The notes: generated from the sequence alone by a model not told the origin. A stretch of 64,000 nucleotides of DNA from Diplonema japonicum (GCA_964019335.1 OZ025654.1:807494-871493), one strand, 5' to 3'. Shown: positions 43,929 through 56,683, numbered from the stretch's first letter. A program made the numbers and translations.

Positions 43929-45211
43929 ATGTGTGACGTAGTGGTGCGACCAGTTGAAGAGAAGGGACAGCAAAACACACAGCAGGGAGAGGACGTGGCA
44001 CCACCGAAGTGTTGCGATGAGAACTCATTTGATAATGTGAGAGTCATGCGGGGCCAGATGGTATAAGTTTTTTTTCTTTTTCTAAGGGACCTGCGAGGAT
44101 ACGTTGCACCTCGCGACAGGCGACCAGGACTCCCTCACGGAGAAGGCCAGAAAAAGGGGAGCACTGCTTTCCGAGTAAGTCGAGGGCGCACCCTGCTGCG
44201 TGGTTACGACAAGAGACCACTATTCTCCTTGATCTTTCTTTATCTGGCGCTCCATGTAATGTTTCGAAGATTTCTTCGAACAGTGAGCACCCACTGTCAG
44301 TGCAGCGCCTAGTGGCCTCAGGCCAACTGGGAGACCTCGCATGCGGAGTAATAAATACTCACCCACCTGTATGTCGCCTCGTAGTGCTGAGAATAAACAC
44401 TCCCTCGCGATGTCGAATCCGAAAATGGACCAGGTTTTACTCAAGATATGCTTGACCGTCATCATGGGGATCCCAAAGCTTGAGATGGATTCTTGAGCTG
44501 TGGCTGACTGGTGCAGGTTCACCCCACAGTACCAAATTGCAAGTGCTATCATGGAGATGTTGGTGCAGGATTACCATGCACTTTTATCAAGCTCAAGTGC
44601 TGTTGAAGCAGACAGGAGCACTCTTGCTTGTGGGTGCAGGTCAGGGCGGTCAGAGATGCCTGCCTGATCGATGCAGAATGCCACTCCAAGTAGCGCATGC
44701 AAGGCCAAGCTAGAGCCCTCGTTGGTGTGCAAGTTGTTCCCAATGAGCTTGTCAGTTCTTGAGCTGCGGCTGACTGGTGCAGGTGCGTCCCACAGTACCA
44801 AATTGCAAGTGCTATCATGGAGATCCATGCACGCTGAAACTTTATCGAATGCTTTTTTCTCCATAACTCTCAAATTTTGGGGGGGAAAAAAAACACCCCC
44901 AACAGACGTTGCGCTGCCGTAACTGCGAGAGCAAGATGCGGGCACAAATGGAAAAGGTGAGAAGCTGGAAATGCAGTGAATTCTGGACTCGAGGAGAATG
45001 CCCTCGCGGGGTGTTGTGCCACAAGCTGCACATCCACTTCAGAAAGAAAAGCTTAAAAGAAAGGGTAGATGCCCACGGGCCACAGGTCCTGGACCCTGTG
45101 CTTAAGGCGTGCCAGGCTAGCTCGGGCCTGAAAGACCCCAATCTTGTAGCGCTACTGGACCGCTTTAGCTACGGGTACGATGACAGCCCCCCTACGACAC
45201 CTACAATATAA
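43929..45211 (+). CDS. Small zinc-binding protein with a CCCH finger; exons 43929-44060 and 44906-45211 (145 aa)
   Basis: The phase-0 GT-AG intron 44061-44905 joins CCDENSFDNVRVMRGQM to TLRCRNCE...CSEFWTRGECPRGVLCHKLH (C-x8-C-x5-C-x3-H). A pyrimidine tract and AG precede the ATG. Confidence 0.75.
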
Positions 45212-46257
45212 AGGTGGTACATCTTTTCACCTGTGGAATCTTTAAAAAAAAAAAAAAAATAGCGCAAGATTTTAACCCCTGAAGAGGAAGCCCACCGAGA
45301 TCGAATCGTGTCGGTTCTTCCAGAGACGAGGGCATTCTCGCACTGCATGTCTCTGCCATGTGAATGTTGTGTTTGTTTTATCAGCGTTTCTTCCTACGGG
45401 AGAGCATTATGGGGGGGGGGAAAGAAAAAAGATTTCGTTTGCTCGCCTAACCCTTCACATTGTGTTCCCCCCCCTTTTTTTTTCCCCCTCTCCACCTCCT
45501 CCCTCCTTTAATTTCAAAAAGAATTCTCCCCACGTTTCACGAAGTTCTGTTTGGTAAGGGGGCCAAAAAAACGCACCGCAAAAAAAAAAAAAAAAGAGAA
45601 AAAAAAAAAAGAAGAAAAAAAAAAAAGGCTTTTTTTTTTGTGTTTTAACAAAATTACTGTCGAGACTAAAAAAAAAAACTAGTTGTTGGCAGCGTAATGA
45701 GCTATTTTATTAGGTAAAATTCCGTTTGTGCAACGGTGAAGTAACAGGGGCCAAATTTTGCCTATGTTATCTCGAGGTTGCCGTAAAGTCATTAATGTAC
45801 CCATCAATATATATATATATATATATATTGATGGGCACAGTACAACGGGGTCAGGTTAAAGTTAGAGCATACTAGGGGCTACGATATCTCGGTAACTCCC
45901 CCCCCCTTTTTTTTTACCCCGTCCAAATTTTGGCCCAAATCATGATGCAGAGCTGCAGAGCCTTTGAAGGCCCTCTCTTACAATCGCACCTGTGCGTCGG
46001 GCAGAACACACTTATACATACTTGGTGATAATCAGGCATTCAGTGCCGGATAAAAAATGTCTCCATCGCTTTCATTGTAATTATATAAACTTCATTTCAC
46101 TTAATAAGCGCTTTTGCTTAATATCCCTTAAAAATCCCTCAAAATCCTTCTTTTTTTTTCTTCTTCATCTTCCTCTCTTTTTCTTCTTCTTCCGGGAGTA
46201 GGTTCCTTTCGCGATGTGCAGCGTTGGTTTATGTATGTTCCCAGCGCTCAAGAGAAA

Positions 46258-46302
<45 letters not shown>

Positions 46303-46359
46303 CTTATTTGTTTCAGGCGCGATCCTTTTTTTTTTTTTTTTTTTTTAAACATCGCACCC

Positions 46360-46673
46360 CATAGACCGAAGTCATTATGAGTCATAGGCCGATTGCCAAA
46401 AAATATTGTCTACAATCGGCCAATTGGAGTCATTTTATAGGCCGATTGCAGGGTCTGGATGGAAACAGGGCAAAAATCATCATGAAAAAAGCATCTCAAG
46501 GAAAATACACAGTTCATAAAACTCCCTGTCCATCTTTTGATGGACTGCGGAGTGCTGGGGCGCTTGAGCTCCTTTGCGAGGAAGCAAGCGAGCTGGCCCC
46601 TCCTCTTTCACAAGATGCGAGAAAACGTAGGCCGATTATGATTTATAATGACGCATTATGACTTCGATCTATG
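46360..46673. mobile_element. MITE with CATAGA termini (hAT-like)
   Basis: ~27-bp TIR CATAGA(C/T)CGAAGTCAT(T/A)ATG(A/C)GTCAT and repeated TAGGCCGATT motifs. No TSD found. Confidence 0.6.
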
Positions 46674-46678
46674 ACTTC

Positions 46679-46709
<31 letters not shown>

Positions 46710-46918
46710 AACACAAAAAGATGAAAGCACACACCGTAATTCTCCCCCTTTGTATCCTCTTTTGTTTTGTTTTTGTTTTATTATTTTATTTTATACAAGG
46801 GGGCGTCTCACAACGACTTCCTTTAACTCATATATTTTATCTTATTTCAGGCACGGGGGGTTTTTTTTTCTTTTTTTTTTTTTTTTCTTTTTTTGCTTGA
46901 ACAAGAAAAACAATATAT

Positions 46919-47934
46919 GAGCTCGTTCGGACGAAAATGTCAACACTTTTTTGGGCACCTCCGAAAATTTCTTGTTTTGATTATTTGAGCAAAAAAAGGG
47001 CAGCATGCAACCATAGGAAGATGACATACATGGTGTACCTGTTGCCGTTCTTTCAATTGCGATGCTTGTTTTGCCATGAGGGTGGCAGGCTTTGCAACCG
47101 GCTGCCCCCGGGAAGCGAAAAATAGAGCTCAGAAAAACGGCGAAAAATGTTTAAAATGCAATTAATACAGCATCTAGGGTGCATAAAATTGGTGATCAAG
47201 CGCACTTGTGACCCCTGGGTACAACCCAGGGTCGGGTTACTGTTAAAAGTACTTAGCGAAAAATATATGGCGCCGCATAGCCCCCGAAAATCCGGTTTTT
47301 TACACCCTATTTTTTGGCTTTTTCAAGGGGTTCCTAAGGGATTTTGGCCTTTTTCAGAAAAACCAATTCTTAACACTTGCCTGCTCATGCAGAGCTTCGA
47401 CATTGGTATCTTTGGGGTCAAACTTTCATTCCTACCCATCTGCTGAGGTTTTTCCTTTTCTTTTGCACTCATAATACTTTAAAAGTGAAAATTTTGCTTT
47501 TTTAAGGGGTTTTAAAGGGATTTTAGCCTTAAATAGGCCAAAATGGCACTTTAAGGGTAAGTTCTCCCCACCCCATTTTAATAGTGATTTAGAGTCCAGC
47601 CCACCCAAAATGACCCCAAAGGTTTCACAGATTTTCAATCTGCGTCCATTCCTCCTGTCACTTTTCACGGAAAACGAAAATAAAAAATGGAGTCTGGGTT
47701 ATTTGTAACTTCCAAATTGAATTGTTTGCCAAAAACCATTCTAAAAAACATGTTTTTGCACGTGCGTTTTAAAAATAAAACAAACAGCGAGCATTTTGAC
47801 CTATATGGTGATCAAGCTTAGACTGCATTTCTGCACACAAAGTGGTGTCGGACTACTTTTTTACTTAGAAATTTAACGGGGGTTTTCTGCCGCATAAGAG
47901 GGTCATTTGTTGACATTTCTTTCTGGACGAGTTC
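46919..47934. mobile_element. Non-autonomous TIR element (Sola-like), ATAT TSD, inserted in repeat C
   Basis: ~26-bp TIRs GAGCTCGTTCGGACGAAAATGTCAAC / GTTGACATTTCTTTCTGGACGAGTTC. The empty site is visible in the paralogous repeat at ~50265-50295. Confidence 0.85.
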
Positions 47935-49124
47935 ATATTGATAATGAATTGTTGGTGCTAAAAAGAGTAGTGGTGGCATTGTTGGGCTTATCCTTCTACA
48001 GGTTAATCCCTGTGCACAATCAACAATCAACCGACTCTTTTTTAATACAAAAGAAAGTTACTAGGTTACCACCGAAATTATGAGGTCCTCTCAAGTTAGT
48101 TTTTTTTTTCCTATCATTTTTTAACCCCCCTATGCTGGTAAGGAAATGCGTTTCCAAGCTTTTTTTTTTTTTTTTTTTCTTTTTTGAAAATAAGGAAACG
48201 GAAACGGAAACGTTTCCTTATTTTTGGGACCGTTTCCCAAGAAGGAATCACGTTTCTTCCTTCGCGTTTCCTTAAAGTATCTGAAAAATACGGAAACGGA
48301 AAAGCGGGGATTAGTGCACTTCTGAGCAGTTGTTGATGTTTTATTTATATTTTTTGAAAACAGTTTGGTGACATGCCCAAGCAGCCGAGGCGGGACGTTG
48401 GTCGATGACTGCAGCAGAGATAAAGGGATTATTCGGGGGCCTTTAAAGGCTTTATTCTTTTTCTTTAGGGTGGGGACAATGGAAAGTAGACGGTGCTTTG
48501 TACAAGGCGCACCCACCAATTCTGGTTTCACGTTGGCAACGGCAACATGTTTAGGGTAACAAACAACGGTCAATTCTTTTTTTTTCTTTTTTTTTCTTCC
48601 TTCTTCCCATATTGGACCGCTGTTTTTTCTTCTTCCTTTTCTTCCCTTTCTTTTTTCCTTCTCTCGCTGTATGGTGTATTATTCTATTTTGCCTTTGAAG
48701 AATTGATTTAGAATGCAGGTATTGAATGAGAACAAGGGGGCTCACAAAAACTTCCTTTAACTCATATATTTAAAGCGGCCAAGCTGAGGAGAAGGCCGGC
48801 AAGACCACCAAAACGGGAGGAAACTCATAAACATATTCTTTCTTTTTTTTTTTTTTTTTGCATTTGCATATTGGGAATGTACACACTCTGTTGACCTTTG
48901 CGCAGATGCCCGGGGCTCCGGCTGGGGTTGAGCTGCACAGTGCACACTATGGAGATTCTTGTGCAGGGCGCCGCCAACACTGGCCTCCTTTAACTCTTAT
49001 ATATACAATCCCCCCTTTTTTTTCCATCTCTTCGATTTAAAAATACGCTCTTTTTTTAAGACTGAATCAAATCAGTTGCGGTTTACGGTTTTTTTTTTTT
49101 TTTTTGTTGTTTTTTTGTTGTTAG

Positions 49125-49312
49125 AGAACTCCTCTGAACCATCGGCCGATCACAGTCACGAGCGCGGTCTATCGGCTGTGGGCATGTGCGAGGCTGCGTG
49201 ACATCACGCTGTGGCAAGAGAAGTGGATCGACGACGCTCAGCATGGTTTCAGACCGAAGAGAGGCACGGATAGCATTCTGAGGGCGCCGCCAACACCGGC
49301 CTCCTTTAACTC
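49125..49312 (+). mobile_element. LINE reverse-transcriptase fragment joined to the family A 3' tail
   Basis: Translates HRPITVTSAVYRLWACARLRDITLWQEKWIDDAQHGFRPKRGTDSI, followed by AGGGCGCCGCCAACACCGGCCTCCTTTAACTC. Confidence 0.8.
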
Positions 49313-51241
49313 TTTTTTTTATTCTTTTTATCTTCTTCACCCCAAGAACGACAACACACACGAACATTCCCCCCCTCCCCCCAGGTTCGGAAGGTCGCCC
49401 AGGCGATAAATATAAAAATTTTGTTTAGGCTGGCTTCGAGCATTTCTAGTTTGAGGGGTCCCCTTTTTATTTATATTGTTTTGAATAAGGAAGCCTGCGA
49501 CGGCCCCGAGAATGCTACTATCATATCTTGCGGCGAAATGCGGTTGCTTCTTTTTTTTTTTCCTTGGTCCGGGGGAACGAAAGAAAAAGATTGACAGTGT
49601 TCTGTAACATAACAGCCTTCAGTTTGGTGCACTTCCTAGTCACTCCCCACCCCCTATTTTTGTGGAAGGTTTTCATGAGAAAAGGCTATTCGTTTTCTAT
49701 TTTCTTTTCCCCTCTTTTCTTTAGTACACGTACGTCCATGGTAAAAAAAGAAACGGGTTCATTGGGTGGGGGGTCCCATTTCATTTAACCCTTACAAAAA
49801 AAAAAAAAAAAAAAAAAAACCATGATTTCTTTTGATTCCAAACTTTGATGTGTCGTGAAAAGTGTAATATTACCATGGATGGACTCACTCCAATAAAGTA
49901 AAGCATCCCTCCCTCCCCTTACCTATAATCAGTAAATGTGTTTTTCTTCTTTTCTTTTCTTATATTTCCACACGCTTTCAAAGAACAATGCTGTCTTTTG
50001 TTTTCCACTTTACCGTATTTGTTCGTGATATGAACGGGGAAAAAGATTCCAAAAATTCGTATTATTTCTTTTTAGACACAAGGATGTGTTCACTGTTGGC
50101 CTCCTCGTCTGTCGTCACCGGTAATGCCCGCATGACGAACAGGCAGCAAGCTGCATTACCCGGGTCGCCCGGGCTGGGGCTCGGCCGAGGTGCGCCCCCT
50201 GTAATCAAGTAGACAGCTCTTGTGAACACTGGCCTCCTTCAACTCTTATGTTTCTTTTTTGCATGAACAAGAAAAACAATAAATTGATAATGAATTGTTA
50301 TTGCTAAAAAGAGTAGTGGTGGCATTGTTGGGCTTATCCTTCTACAGGTTAATCCCGGCTGTGCACAAACAAAAAATGTCTGTTGCCATCCCCTTTGAAG
50401 GTGAAAAACTCGAACTGCTTACCGCGACGGAGTACCCTCTCCACGAGGTGCACAAACAACAATCAACCGACTCTTTTTTTAGTTTTCTTGCCCCCCCCCC
50501 CCCGAGAAAAAAGATTCCGTAATATTAGCAAAAATAAATCTTTTTTTTCCGTTTTATATACGGTACAAAACTGAGGGCGTATACCCCGCTGCACATGGCT
50601 ATAAAGGGAGACCAATCTCGAACCAAACCACCCCATCCACCGCTCCTACCTGCTACGACTCCATGTAATGTTTCTCGCCCAGATGCCGTCCATCTATCGC
50701 GATTCACAGCCCTGCACAGGCACCAGACGGTGACCGACAAGTGTGACTTTTCTTTATGAACAGGGAGCAGCCCCCCATTCACACTGAAATCGAGTTTTCT
50801 TCTTTTTTTTTTTCTTTTTCTCTCCCCTTAATTTCTATCGTGATTTGGGCGCTTTCCTGTCCGAAATGAAAGCCCACGCTTAACGGGAGGGAAGAGCCAG
50901 CGCTCCAAAGAGGGCCATAACAAAATAGGCCATCTTCCAGCGCCATGCCCGTTTTCTTATTTTTTCTTCAAAAACGGGTCATTATGCGAGTGAAAAAATG
51001 AGAAACGGGGTGTAAAAAAGAAAAGAAAAAAAGAAAGAAAAAAAAGAGAGAGAAAGAGTTTGAGCTCGTTGCGCGCAAAAATAAGGGAATGTTCTTACCT
51101 TCCCTCCCTCCGTTTTTTTTCCCCCCTTCCTTCTTCGGAGGGGGGGGGGGGGGGGGGGGCGAAACAAAAAACAAAAAAAAGAAGAAACCTGTAGATCTCT
51201 TATAATTTTATAACGCACCCAAAAAAAAAAATGAGAGGTAA

Positions 51242-51274
<33 letters not shown>

Positions 51275-51749
51275 GACACAATTTCCCCCCGAGGCTCTTT
51301 TTTTTCTTTTTTTTTCTACAGAGAAAACCAAGTAGAACTGGGCAGGAAGTGGCAAGAAGAAAGAGAAGAGACTTTGAGAAAGGCAACACAGCCTTAAAAA
51401 AAAAAAAGAAAGGCCGAGGCCCCAGAAGGGAGAAAGGGGTAGATAAGTAGAGACAAGGGGGACGTCACAAAACAGGAGCCTCCTGTATCTAATCTCTCTT
51501 ATTCTCCCTCTTTTCCGGGGGGGGGGGGGACAACAATTAACAAGAGCTAACCCCCTCCCCCCATAAATAATATTTTGTCTGTTCCTCCTCCCGGAGCTTG
51601 TTCTTTCTTTCTTTCTTTGTTTTTTTCATCCTAAAAACAAACCAGCCACAGGAAGCGGGCGGGCCCCAAGGTGAGAAGCTGGGGGGGGGGGGGGGGGTAA
51701 GGCGAAGGCGGGAGGGGGGGAAAGAAGCCTTTAAAATAATATTAAAAAA

Positions 51750-53522
51750 ATGAACAAGCCGAACCTGAAACTGGACCTTAAGAGCGAGCATGACTACTAC
51801 AGCGATGTGGTCCGTGTGGGCAAGGCTTCGAGTTGTATTGTCAACAGCGTTGCACGAATGAAGAGAAAGAAAAACGGGGACATCTCAAGCGTAAATAACT
51901 ACAAGATACTTCAGCCACTCGGCTCCGGAGCTTATGGAGAAGTGTACCTTTGCAGCTCTGCCCTAAACCGCACAAGATTCTGCTGCTGCTTATCCTACGA
52001 AAATACCCCTGACCGTTATGCACTAAAAGTAGTCTCTCGAAAACAGCTGGTTCAGGCAGAGTTCGAGATCCTCACAAAAGTGCGGCACCCCAACATCGTG
52101 GAGTTGTTAGAATACATGGACGATGCATCCTGCGCCTCTGTATTCTTAGTTTTCGAAGTGCTTGATGGTGGGCCCATTGCGTCCGTTACCGAGTCGGGAT
52201 ATTTAAAAGGCCCTGTTTGGAAGGAAAATACATCTATACATCTTTTCTTTCAAATAGTAAACGGGCTAATGTACCTGCACCAAGAAGGCATCGTTCACAG
52301 AGACATCAAACCGGAAAATATCGTATTTAACGCGAACAGAACGCAGATTAAGATTATAGACTTTGGAGTGTCTCGGATCATCGATCAGGGCAACGATGCC
52401 AACAGAAAAACAAGAGGAACACCATTCTTCCAAGCACCGGAAACACTTCAAAGCTGTATATTTCCGGACAAGGCCGGCGACACATGGGCGCTCGGTGTTC
52501 TGTTTTATTTCCTTCTTGTCGGGAAGGTACCCTTTGGATGCGGCTGCGCCACAAGGTTTCAACTATGGGACGAAATCCAACAAGGCGACCCGGAATATCC
52601 TATTTCACCAGCTCCGAAAAGTTTGATTCAACAAATGCTGCAAAAGGACATCTCGAGAAGAATGACCATCCCCGCTGTGTCGGCTCATTATTGGCTTGTC
52701 CCTGCATGGCACCAGCAGCCTTCGGAGTCGGAAAAAAAGGGGTGTCCGTTGATGCCGCCTACTCCTTTGTCAGAGTCTGTATCGTTTAGCAGCCCAGCTT
52801 CACCATTACCGTTGTGTCAGAGTGTGAATAGTTACACGAATTGTAAATCGTCACTTAACCCACCAAAATTCTTGCACAGAGAGTCCACAGAGCTGGGTAC
52901 TATATTGAGTAAGCTACAGTTAGACACACGGCTTTTAATTGTTGATGACATCCACCACGAGCGCGCGATGCTCACCCGTATGTTTGAACGGGCAGCGTTG
53001 TTGCCGGATGACGATTCCCAAACCCTCACGGTCGGCGAGGTGGAGAGCGGGCAAGGTGCGATCCAAGCGATCATGCATGGACATGCCATTGAGAAACCGT
53101 ATCACGCTGTTCTTCTAGATCTGTTCCTCCCTGACATGGACGGTTTCACTGTGGTCAACGACCTACGTCAGCTACAAGAATCGAAGGGCTTCGAATGCAT
53201 CCCTGTGATACTTATGGTTTCGGTGGAGGAGAAGCCCAGTAATTTTGAGGAATTATTATTGCTTTGCGACTTTGAGAAGCATTCCGTTTTGACCAAGCCC
53301 GTCCATCTTTCGAAGGTTAAGCAAATTTTGAACTGGCTTGGGATCGACACTAGAGACTCTGTGGAATCCGAGGAGCTCTCACGGCCGAAACACATTGCTG
53401 ACGAACAGTACTTGGAAAACAGCCAACATCGGTACTCCCTTCCCCGGCCACGAAGCGTGCTGGCGCTGAGTAGTTACAGGAACAATAATATTAGCGTTGA
53501 GAACAATATTTCGGAGGAATAA
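51750..53522 (+). CDS. CaMKK-like Ser/Thr kinase fused to a C-terminal response-regulator receiver domain (590 aa)
   Basis: Kinase motifs GSGAYG, ALK, HRDIKPEN, DFGVS and GTPFFQAPE. Receiver motifs LLIVDD, VLLDLFLPDMDGF, IPVILMVS and LTKPV. Confidence 0.92.
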   Translation: MNKPNLKLDLKSEHDYYSDVVRVGKASSCIVNSVARMKRKKNGDISSVNNYKILQPLGSGAYGEVYLCSSALNRTRFCCCLSYENTPDRYALKVVSRKQLVQAEFEILTKVRHPNIVELLEYMDDASCASVFLVFEVLDGGPIASVTESGYLKGPVWKENTSIHLFFQIVNGLMYLHQEGIVHRDIKPENIVFNANRTQIKIIDFGVSRIIDQGNDANRKTRGTPFFQAPETLQSCIFPDKAGDTWALGVLFYFLLVGKVPFGCGCATRFQLWDEIQQGDPEYPISPAPKSLIQQMLQKDISRRMTIPAVSAHYWLVPAWHQQPSESEKKGCPLMPPTPLSESVSFSSPASPLPLCQSVNSYTNCKSSLNPPKFLHRESTELGTILSKLQLDTRLLIVDDIHHERAMLTRMFERAALLPDDDSQTLTVGEVESGQGAIQAIMHGHAIEKPYHAVLLDLFLPDMDGFTVVNDLRQLQESKGFECIPVILMVSVEEKPSNFEELLLLCDFEKHSVLTKPVHLSKVKQILNWLGIDTRDSVESEELSRPKHIADEQYLENSQHRYSLPRPRSVLALSSYRNNNISVENNISEE

Positions 53523-53532
53523 CTCACCCCCT

Positions 53533-53582
<50 letters not shown>

Positions 53583-53673
53583 GGCCACCTGCCTACCTTG
53601 TCTTCCCGCCGTTGGTTTGTTTTCAGGAGATTAAAAAAAAAAAATGACTATTCACTAATATCAAACTAAATAA

Positions 53674-53793
53674 AATCAGATGATTTTTACGTGGAATGTT
53701 TTTTTTCACAAGTAGTTTAATTTCGCGAGCGAAGCGAGCGAGATTAAAAAAACGAGTGAAAAAGAAACATTCCGAGTAAAAATCTGGCTGATT
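53674..53793. repeat. 120-nt imperfect foldback with GCGAAGC at its apex (probable YR-element end)
   Basis: AATCAG..GATTTTTAC..GGAATGTTT..TTCAC pairs with GTGAA..AAACATTCC..GTAAAAATC..CTGATT. A related half occurs at 42408-42482. Confidence 0.7.
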
Positions 53794-53803
53794 CTTATGG
53801 AAT

Positions 53804-54641
53804 GAGCTCGTCCGGATTAAAATGTCCAGTTCGAAAAAAATTTGTTTTGATTATTTGAGCAAAAAAAGGGCAGCATGCAACCATAGGAAGATGACATATA
53901 TGGTGTACCTGTTGCCGTTCTTTCAACTGCGATGCTTGTTTTGCCATGAGGGCGGCAGGCTTCGCAACCGACTGCCCGGGAGCGAAAATAGAGGTCGCTT
54001 TTTCAAGGGGTTCCTGAGGGATTTTGGCCCAACATGGCCTTGTTCAAAAAAAAACCAATTCTTAACACTTGCCTGCTCATGCAGAGCTTCGACATTGGTA
54101 TCTTCAGAGCCAAACTTGCTTTCTCCACCCATCTGCTGAGGTTTTTCTTTTTTTTTCTTTTTTTTTTTTGCACTCATAAAACTTTAAAAATTAAAAAACT
54201 GCTTTTTTTAAAGGGGTTTTAAAGGGATTTTAGCCTAAATTAGGTCAAAATGGCAGTATCCCCCCCCCACCCATTTTAATAGTGGTTAAGAGTCCAGACC
54301 ACCCAAAATGACCCCAAAGGTTTCACAGGGTTTCAATCTGCGTCCATTCCTCCTGTCGCTTTTCACGGGAAAACGAAAATAAAAATGGAGTCGGGTTATT
54401 TGTAATTTCCAAACACCAAAAACCGAGAAGAAAAAAAAACCATTCTAAGAAACATGTTTTTGCACGCGCGTTTTAAAAATGAAACAAGCAGCGATCATTT
54501 TAACCTATATGGTGATCAAGCCTAGACCGCAATTCTGCACACAAAGTGGTGTCGGACTACTTTTCTACTTAGAAATTTAACAGGGGTTTTTTTTTGCTAC
54601 CTAAGAGGGGCATTTGTGGGCATTCTTTTCCGGACGAGCTC
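53804..54641. mobile_element. Non-autonomous TIR element (Sola-like), third copy
   Basis: GAGCTCGTCCGGA...TCCGGACGAGCTC, collinear with 46919-47934 apart from a deletion. Confidence 0.85.
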
Positions 54642-54899
54642 ATATTTTATTTAATTTTGTAAAGTTAAATGAGGGAAATTCGGACACCAAGAAAACTGAA
54701 GAAAACTGCTGCAACGGCTAAATCTTCTCATTGACCACGGTGTCGATTCAAAAAAATGAAGACAAATACTGAAAAACCCCAGATTTATTGCATTTACGGC
54801 ACGTTCTTAAGCCAAATTTAGCCTATTACTTTTGCATTTATTCTGCACTTTGCATTTATTGTCGTCAATGCAAGTGATTTCTGATTTTTATGGCCCGAG

Positions 54900-56393
54900 A
54901 GGGGTTTCTGGGGGTATCCCCGGCAAGGTGGTAGTCTTTGAAGCCCGGAGTCACGCAAGTTGTACCAAGCAGGCTGAATACTGAAATAGGGGTCTTTTCG
55001 ACTTGCAATGCTTGCACCGCACGTTGCGCTACTTTTTCGGAAATGGTCCCAGAAGGTACTGTCGCATCGCATTGGGGCCTCAGGGCACTCGTTCTGTGTT
55101 TCGGGGCATGGTATTGGGGCAGCCTGCTCTGTAGTTGACTTTAGCTGTTGTTTCAGCCTCCCTAGTAGCCCTTCGATGACTGCCTCTTTGAAAGGCGTGA
55201 ATCCCTGTCGTTCATACTCAGGGTGTTGGGGGGCAATGCTTCTTTCCAAACAAGCCGGGCATTTGCCAGAGATTTATCTAACAAGTACGAAAATACTTTC
55301 AGGGGCCACTTTTAAGTCATAAGGGTGCGTTTATGGCGTTTTGTCACAGCGTCACCCAGCGTCGGTTCCGCCCATTGCGGTGTTGTAAATATGCACTTGG
55401 TGGGGAGCGGGATGTCCTTTCTGGAGGGCCTCCGGCTTTCATTCTCTTTTGGCCGACACGCCAAATTTGACTTCACCAGAACATCCAACGTCGACAGAAA
55501 GCGCACAGGCTTGATGTCATGCCACGTTGTGGTGCAAAGGATGCTCACGTGCTGGTGGAACTGGGTGTCCCCACAGGGTGCGCGTCCTTGGGCTTGCGGC
55601 CTCGCTTCTTTGGGGCATCCGTGATCTCCGGGAGGCCTTTGCGATAGGTAGAAGTCAGCACGCTTGTTTGTTTCGCTGTGGAAACACAGATTTCCCAGAA
55701 TAGTCAAAAAGCAGTCTCTTGACATGACGGTGGCGTACCCAGGGGTGTGTTGAGAGGCGTGGAGCCAGTGCGCCAGTAGTCAGAATAATCTGGCATGATA
55801 TCCAAGTCCATCGACAGAAGGGCACCTAGGAAGGTACGCAGAGAAGCAGCATCGAGATCCAGGGAAACACCTTTTTTAGCCGCATTTGCCACATTGTTCG
55901 AAGTTATGACCCGAATAACGTTTGGGACGAGCATTTGGGAGAATATATGGAATGGCGTTGAGCCTCTGATGTCAAAACAGGGTCCACAAGGATTCCGATC
56001 TTCACGAAACCGGATGCCTTCCAACTGCTCCGGCTTTGCCGTCTAATCACCCTGCTGTGACTCGGAATCGGTCGAATTCGAATCAGAATCACTGTTCGTA
56101 TCAAAATTGCATAATAGGGATGAGCCATCAGTGCTACCATCACTCATAATGTCCTCTTCCGGCCTCTTTCTGGGTGCCCTTTTTTGAAGTGATTTTTAAG
56201 GGTAAATTTGGGCTGGCGTTTTTTTTTATTTTTTCATTTTCTTGCAAAGTTAGGGCAGCATTTAGTTTATATTTTTCATATTTTCCGCAGGACCCCGGAT
56301 GCGAGAAGTGTCCGGGCTGTATTGCATTGAAAGCCCTTTACGCAAAAGATTTTTTTTCAAATCGTCTCTATAAAGACGCTCGTTGGTAGATGG
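54900..56393 (-). mobile_element. Degenerate piggyBac element, left end not located
   Basis: FLGALLSM...SDYW, MSRDCFLTILGNLCF, YNTAMGGTD and FKEAVIEGLL resemble piggyBac transposase. The right end CGTTGGTAGATGG matches the MITE at 22556. Confidence 0.75.
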
Positions 56394-56641
56394 TTTAAAA
56401 AAAAGAAAAGAAAAGAAAAAAAAAACAAGGTTTCATCGGTTGCTGGAAAGAAAAAATAGATATCGCTTATTGTCAAGCGACCCAAAGCACTACATAATAA
56501 TGGAAACGCGTTTCCATAAGAATTTTGAAAACATGGAAACGGATACGGAAACGGAAACGTTTCCACGTTTCCTGCCAGCATTACGTGTTTCGGGTTGACA
56601 AACTTCTCCAGGTTTTGCCCGTACGCGTACAAACAACGGCC

Positions 56642-56683
<42 letters not shown>

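Noticed and set aside
44087-44174. Extra internal exon in the zinc-finger gene
   Set aside because: It has an AG and a GTAAGT, but its 88 nt would shift the frame. Direct joining of 44060 to 44906 restores a coherent Cys motif.
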